From the NCBI GenBank assembly GCA_963725665.1, contig CAVRZA010000010.1:1-10400 (forward strand): DNA of 10,400 nt, given 5' to 3'. The number at the start of each line of letters is the position of its first letter. The stretch's first letter is position 1. The position numbers and the translations under genes were made by a program. This DNA comes from an uncultured Actinomycetes bacterium (lineage in GTDB: Bacteria; Actinomycetota; Thermoleophilia; UBA2241). Under the pieces are notes generated by a model. It worked only from the letters and a program-made list of their open reading frames with translations, was not told the origin of the DNA and made no database searches. This document shows positions 6,352 through 10,400 of this stretch, one piece after another.

Positions 6352-8693
6352 CTGACCACCTCGAGATCGACGGGCCCGAGATCCGACATGCACTCGTCGC
6401 GCTCGACCGAGACCATGGCTACGACCTCGGCGTGGTAGCGAGCCTCGATTGCCTGCTCTGTATAGGGGTTGCGCACGGGGACCGGTCGCTGGCCCTTCGC
6501 ATGACGGCCGGCGTTCGTGCCCAGTGTGCGGTACATCTCCTGGGTCAGCAGGGGGGCGATCGAGTAGAGCTCAAGGCTGGCGAGCGGAGGCAGGTCGCGA
6601 CGATGAATGAGAGCTGTGCCCTTCGCCTGAAGCCCGATCCCTATACCGGAACCGGCCAGTTTCGCCGCGGTCAAGCCGATCATGCCGACGTCGATTGTTG
6701 AGCGCACGCGCACCAGACGCGCGACGCATCCCTCTTCCTCAAGTCCCGCCAGGATCTGTCGGAGTGCCTCGCCCACCGGCAGTCCCGAAGATGTCAGCCA
6801 CAATGTGGTCGCGAACGCTGGGGACACGCCCACGCAGACCTCCCGAGGGTCCATCCCCGGCTCTGCCTCGCCTTTCTCGACCAAACGGATGTGGCCCGCG
6901 TAGACAGCCTGCTTCTCCAGCAGATCCTGCCGCGACCGTTGCTGACGGATGCCCGTCATTTCCGCGCGCCGGGCAGTCGTCACCTCGTAGCCGGTGCCAG
7001 GCCCCTGATAGTCGTTGGGATCGGTCACCTTGGAGAGCACGTTCATCTCCTCGTCGAAGATGGCCGCCGTCTGCAGGTAGTCCCCGGCGACGCGTGCGCG
7101 CCCCATGGCGAGGACGCGCTCAGCCTCGTCGTGGAAGCCCGTGCGCTCCAGGGCACGGACCACGTCCAGAATCCCAACCTGTGTCTCCTGGATGGCATCC
7201 GCGGCCTCCAGCACGACCGTCGGGTCCCGCGGGGAGAGGTCTTTCGAGCCTTGCGCGATCACGACCTCGGCAACGTGATCGTCGCCGAAGTTCGCCAGGC
7301 CCAGTTCGCGGTAGACGGCCTGAACGGCCCTGGCGGCCCGTTCCCTCATTGCCCGAAGTCTTTCCTGGTCCACCGGCCTCAGCCCGCCGTCCACGCCCCA
7401 ATCACGCTGCATGACGAGATAGTCGTCCAGGTCCTCGCCGTTGAAGTTCGACGGGCCGAACATGTTGTCGTAGCGAACGACTGAGCCGAAGCCCGAGAAC
7501 AGGAAGTCGGACCCGGCGAGGACCAGGGGCACCGTGTGCGCTGTCCGCCGCATGTCGGACTCGGAGATGAGCGAGTCGTTGCCTGAGCACGACTCGAGAT
7601 CGCGGAGCATCACAAGCAGGTTCTCGGCCAGCAGCTCCCGCATGCCCTCGGGGACCGAACCCACCACACTGGCACCGTCGATCCCGCCGTTCTGCACGCC
7701 TTGAGCGCCCATCGCCCGGGCGAGCGCGACGCACCTGGACTCCAGATAGCACATCGACTTGCCCTCCGCTGCGCCCATCAGCACCTCGGCACCGCCGCCG
7801 CTCGTGACTCTCATCTTGAGACCGCGAGAGGCGTAGGCTGAGCAGAGGAACGCTTTTGACCAAGGCGTGTCGTCTCCATCAACGAACACCCGCTCGGTCC
7901 CGTACACCGAGACGGTCTCCGCATAGGTCGTGAGGCCGCGCAGCCCGAGCTCCAGCTCCATGGCTTCTTCGATCGAACACTGTGTCAGAGCGCCGGCGGC
8001 GCCGACCTGCGAGCCGATCAGCACGGCCAGGGCGTTTGAGGGGGCGTCCGCGAGCACGGGCACGGTGGTCTCGAGCTCCCTGAACCCGAACGCGACGGCG
8101 GTCGCGGCGTCGGCCGCCAGAAGGAGCGGGTCGTCGAGCCGGTTGGTGACGTGTGCCTGGATCGACGGCGTCCGCCTGACGCGCATCTTGGCGATGGCAA
8201 TCTGCAGCTCGACGGGGCGCAGTCGCGACACGACGCGTGCCAGCTTGGCCGGAGTCGCCCCTCGCGCGAGGCGCACCACTTCTTCCCTGGGCGTCGAGGG
8301 ATCGACGATCAGCCGCGCGAACTCGATGTCCGGGAGGTCGTTCGCCTCGCGGGCGAACGACGCGTCGATCCCGTGGCCGGCTATGTAGGCATCGATGATG
8401 TCGAAACGGCCGGCCGGCACGCCGTCCAGCTCTACGATACGACCCTCTTCGTCCAGCTCAACGGTGGGCTCGGGATCGTGCACGCTCTCGAAGGCGACGA
8501 GCCCCATGTCGTCGTCCTCTTGTGAGAAGCCGTCGAGGTTTACCGGCCGCTCGTCGAGTCCAACGAAACGCCCGAGCGCCGTGCCGACATCCCCGTTCGC
8601 CTTGGTCGTCGCAGGTTTCCTTGCCAACTCATCGCCCCCTGTTTCGCTGCGCGCGCGGCGCTGCGCGTTGATCACGGGCCGGGATGGGGTCAT
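6348..8693 (-). CDS. Adenosylcobalamin-dependent diol/glycerol dehydratase, large (alpha, PduC-like) and medium (beta, PduD-like) subunits fused, 781 aa
   Basis: Residues ~40-585 are alpha-like: RPVNLDGF, RRTPSIQAHVTN, ETTV, TQCSIEE, YAETVSVYGTE, DGDDTPWSK, YASRGLKMR, YDNMF, DPNDYQGPGTGY. Residues ~600-781 are beta-like: GEAEPG..EVCVGVSPAF, AGLEEEG, SGIGIGLQAKGT, LELYSIAP. One uninterrupted frame. The ATG at 8693 overlaps the SDR stop (ATGA). Confidence 0.95.
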   Translation of the reverse strand: MTPSRPVINAQRRARSETGGDELARKPATTKANGDVGTALGRFVGLDERPVNLDGFSQEDDDMGLVAFESVHDPEPTVELDEEGRIVELDGVPAGRFDIIDAYIAGHGIDASFAREANDLPDIEFARLIVDPSTPREEVVRLARGATPAKLARVVSRLRPVELQIAIAKMRVRRTPSIQAHVTNRLDDPLLLAADAATAVAFGFRELETTVPVLADAPSNALAVLIGSQVGAAGALTQCSIEEAMELELGLRGLTTYAETVSVYGTERVFVDGDDTPWSKAFLCSAYASRGLKMRVTSGGGAEVLMGAAEGKSMCYLESRCVALARAMGAQGVQNGGIDGASVVGSVPEGMRELLAENLLVMLRDLESCSGNDSLISESDMRRTAHTVPLVLAGSDFLFSGFGSVVRYDNMFGPSNFNGEDLDDYLVMQRDWGVDGGLRPVDQERLRAMRERAARAVQAVYRELGLANFGDDHVAEVVIAQGSKDLSPRDPTVVLEAADAIQETQVGILDVVRALERTGFHDEAERVLAMGRARVAGDYLQTAAIFDEEMNVLSKVTDPNDYQGPGTGYEVTTARRAEMTGIRQQRSRQDLLEKQAVYAGHIRLVEKGEAEPGMDPREVCVGVSPAFATTLWLTSSGLPVGEALRQILAGLEEEGCVARLVRVRSTIDVGMIGLTAAKLAGSGIGIGLQAKGTALIHRRDLPPLASLELYSIAPLLTQEMYRTLGTNAGRHAKGQRPVPVRNPYTEQAIEARYHAEVVAMVSVERDECMSDLGPVDLEVVR

Positions 8694-9459
8694 CTGCAGG
8701 TATTGCCGCCGTCCACGGGCACCACCGATCCGGTCATGAAGCTCGAGTCGTCACTGGCAAGGAAGAGCACGACAGCTGCGATCTCCTCCGGCCTCGCCAT
8801 GCGGCCCAGCGGGACGTCCAGGCCCGTAGAGGTGACGAACGCATCGCCGGAAGCGCCGGCGAATCCCGCACGAGCTTGCGTGACCATCGGCGTCAAGGTA
8901 TCTCCCGGGCAGACCGCGTTGCATCTGATGCCGTCTTCGGCGTGGTCGACCACGATTGCCTTCGTCGACATGACGACCGCCGCCTTGCTGCAACAGTAGG
9001 CGACCGATCGCGGCCGGCCACGAGGCCCCAGTCGGACGCATTGCTTGACGATCGCCCCCTTCTGTTGGCCGATCATGAACGGAACGACAGCCCGGGCGTA
9101 GAGGAACTGACCGAAGAGGTTGACGTCGACGACCCTGCGGAACCTCTCGGGAGTGGTCGTCACGACGCTTCCGGCATCGATGGTGCCCGCGTTATTGAAC
9201 AGGACATCGATGCGGCCATAGCGCGATATCGTCTGCGTGACGACCGCGTCGACGTCCTCAGCGTCCGTCACCTCGGCCGGAGCGAAGAACGCGTCGGCGG
9301 CCCCCGCCGTGGAGCAGGCGACCACGACCTCTTGCCCTCTCTCCCGTCACGTCCCGTCAGGGCCAGAGCAGCTCCCTCGGCGGCGAAGGCCCGAGCGGTC
9401 GCCGCGCCTATTCCTGACGTGGCCCCGGTGATCAGGCACACCCTGTCCTTCAGCTTCAC
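8690..9459 (-). CDS. Short-chain dehydrogenase/reductase (classical SDR, ~256 aa), frameshifted as sequenced
   Basis: GTG at 9459 with GGAGG at 9472-9468 gives MKLKDRVCLITGATSGIGAATARAF (TGxxxGxG). The frame changes near 9343-9345, then DVLFNNAG, AYCCSK (YxxxK), NAVCPG, GRMARPEEIA and SFMTGSVVPVDGG follow. The catalytic-Ser segment NNASDWGLVAG is in another frame between about 9044 and 9012. Confidence 0.88.
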
Positions 9460-9680
9460 GTCCCAGCCCTCCGCGTGACCTGTGGTCGGGACGAGCATTG
9501 ACGATGCATCGCGGTCGGTGTAGGTGGAGGGCGCCCGGTTGCGGGCAAGCGCGGGCATTCGCTCCGGCCCCGGCGGTCCCAGCGATTGGCAAGGCCGACA
9601 AGCGGCAGTGCAGGGCCGTCACGGCTGTCTGTTCGAGGGGACACTCGAGGCAGAGAGCGCGAGGGCCGGACTGTCACGGC

Positions 9681-10400
9681 ATGGATGAGAGTCTCAGGAG
9701 AAGGACGCGGAGCGCGGCGAGCGTCGCGGCGGCGAGGACGAGCCGATCGGCGGCATCGAGGCTCGCAGGGAGACCGGCGCGCCGCAGCCGCCGACGCACG
9801 AGGCGCGTGTCACCGCCGCCGCTTCTTCCTCATCGTCGGCGCGGTCGCCGCCGGCCTTGCTGGCGTCATCGAGCTTCTCCGCCTTCGAGAGTCGCACGCC
9901 GAGGTCACGGTGGCAGCACCAAGGCCGTGCGGAACCTGCTCGGCCCGTTCCCCGTGAATGCAGTTGAACAGATCCCGTCCATGACCTCGGACCACTGGAC
10001 GCTCAGGGTGGATCGCCTCGTCGACGACCGCTCACCCTCGACGCGGCGTCTGGGCGAGTTGGCGCGCTTCGACGGGACCGCGACACCATTGCGTCGAAGG
10101 CTGGAGCGTCAGCGACGTGAGATGGAGGAGGCATGAGGCCGGCCACGATCCTGCAGCTTCGAGGGACCGCCCCGAGGCTCCTTCGTGGTCTTCCGCCGCC
10201 TACACCGGCGGAGTCGTCGATTCCCGGCCCCTGGACCTGGCCATCGATTCGCAGAACAATCCTCGCCGACCATCGACGGTGTGTGCCGCTGCCCGCTCCG
10301 CACGGCGGGCCCTCTTCGCCTCGTGGTTCCCACGCAGTCGGGCTACAGAGCGTGAAGTGGGTACACGCGCAGTCGAGATGCCCGGCGACCGGTGCAAGGA
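9681..10400 (+). pseudogene. MsrP/YedY/sulfite-oxidase-family molybdopterin-binding oxidoreductase with a twin-arginine-like signal; many indels; runs off the right edge
   Basis: Collinear fragments across frames: RRRFFLIVGAVAAGLAGV (from ~9814), FPVNAVEQIP..WTLRVD (~9948-10013), HCVEGWS (10087-10107, Mo-ligand Cys), PLPAPHGGP (~10286-10312), LRLVVP, GY and SVKWV (~10314-10363). The start at ATG 9681 is tentative. The gene may be intact in the real genome. Confidence 0.75.

Noticed and set aside
9340-9346. Programmed ribosomal frameshift in the SDR
   Set aside because: No canonical slippery heptamer or evident stimulator, and many other indels nearby point to sequencing error.
8684-9478. 264-aa plus-strand ORF
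   Set aside because: Antisense to the SDR. Long antisense ORFs are common opposite SDR genes in GC-rich genomes.
9544-9560. Possible sigma-54 promoter (minus strand ...GCCCGCGCTTGC)
   Set aside because: TTGC is present but the invariant GG at the -24 position is absent.
1-10400. CRISPR arrays, tRNA/rRNA genes, transposases, integrases, microcompartment shell genes
   Set aside because: No regularly spaced repeats, RNA gene signatures or matching protein motifs were seen. Nearly all the sequence is accounted for by the metabolic genes.

Overview
High-GC (actinobacterial-looking) window packed with metabolic genes. Right half, minus strand: a translationally coupled operon of an SDR oxidoreductase (frameshifted), an adenosylcobalamin (B12)-dependent diol/glycerol dehydratase with large and medium subunits fused in one 781-aa chain, the small subunit, and a divergent reactivase alpha subunit. 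No reactivase beta subunit or microcompartment genes are in the window. The dehydratase keeps the canonical catalytic and metal-binding residues but differs at two substrate-pocket positions (S301->D, Q336->S, Klebsiella numbering recalled from memory), which suggests a non-standard substrate. Left half: an AtuA-like (DUF1446) plus DUF4387 gene pair on the plus strand, divergent from an SdhA/FrdA-type flavoprotein (no sdhB/C/D beside it) followed by an iron-containing alcohol dehydrogenase. A Tat-signal, MsrP/sulfite-oxidase-family molybdoenzyme gene is hidden across several frames at the right end. Indels cluster at about 290-990, 9010-9345 and 9700-10400 and look more like uncorrected long-read errors than true pseudogenes, but this cannot be settled from this sequence alone.
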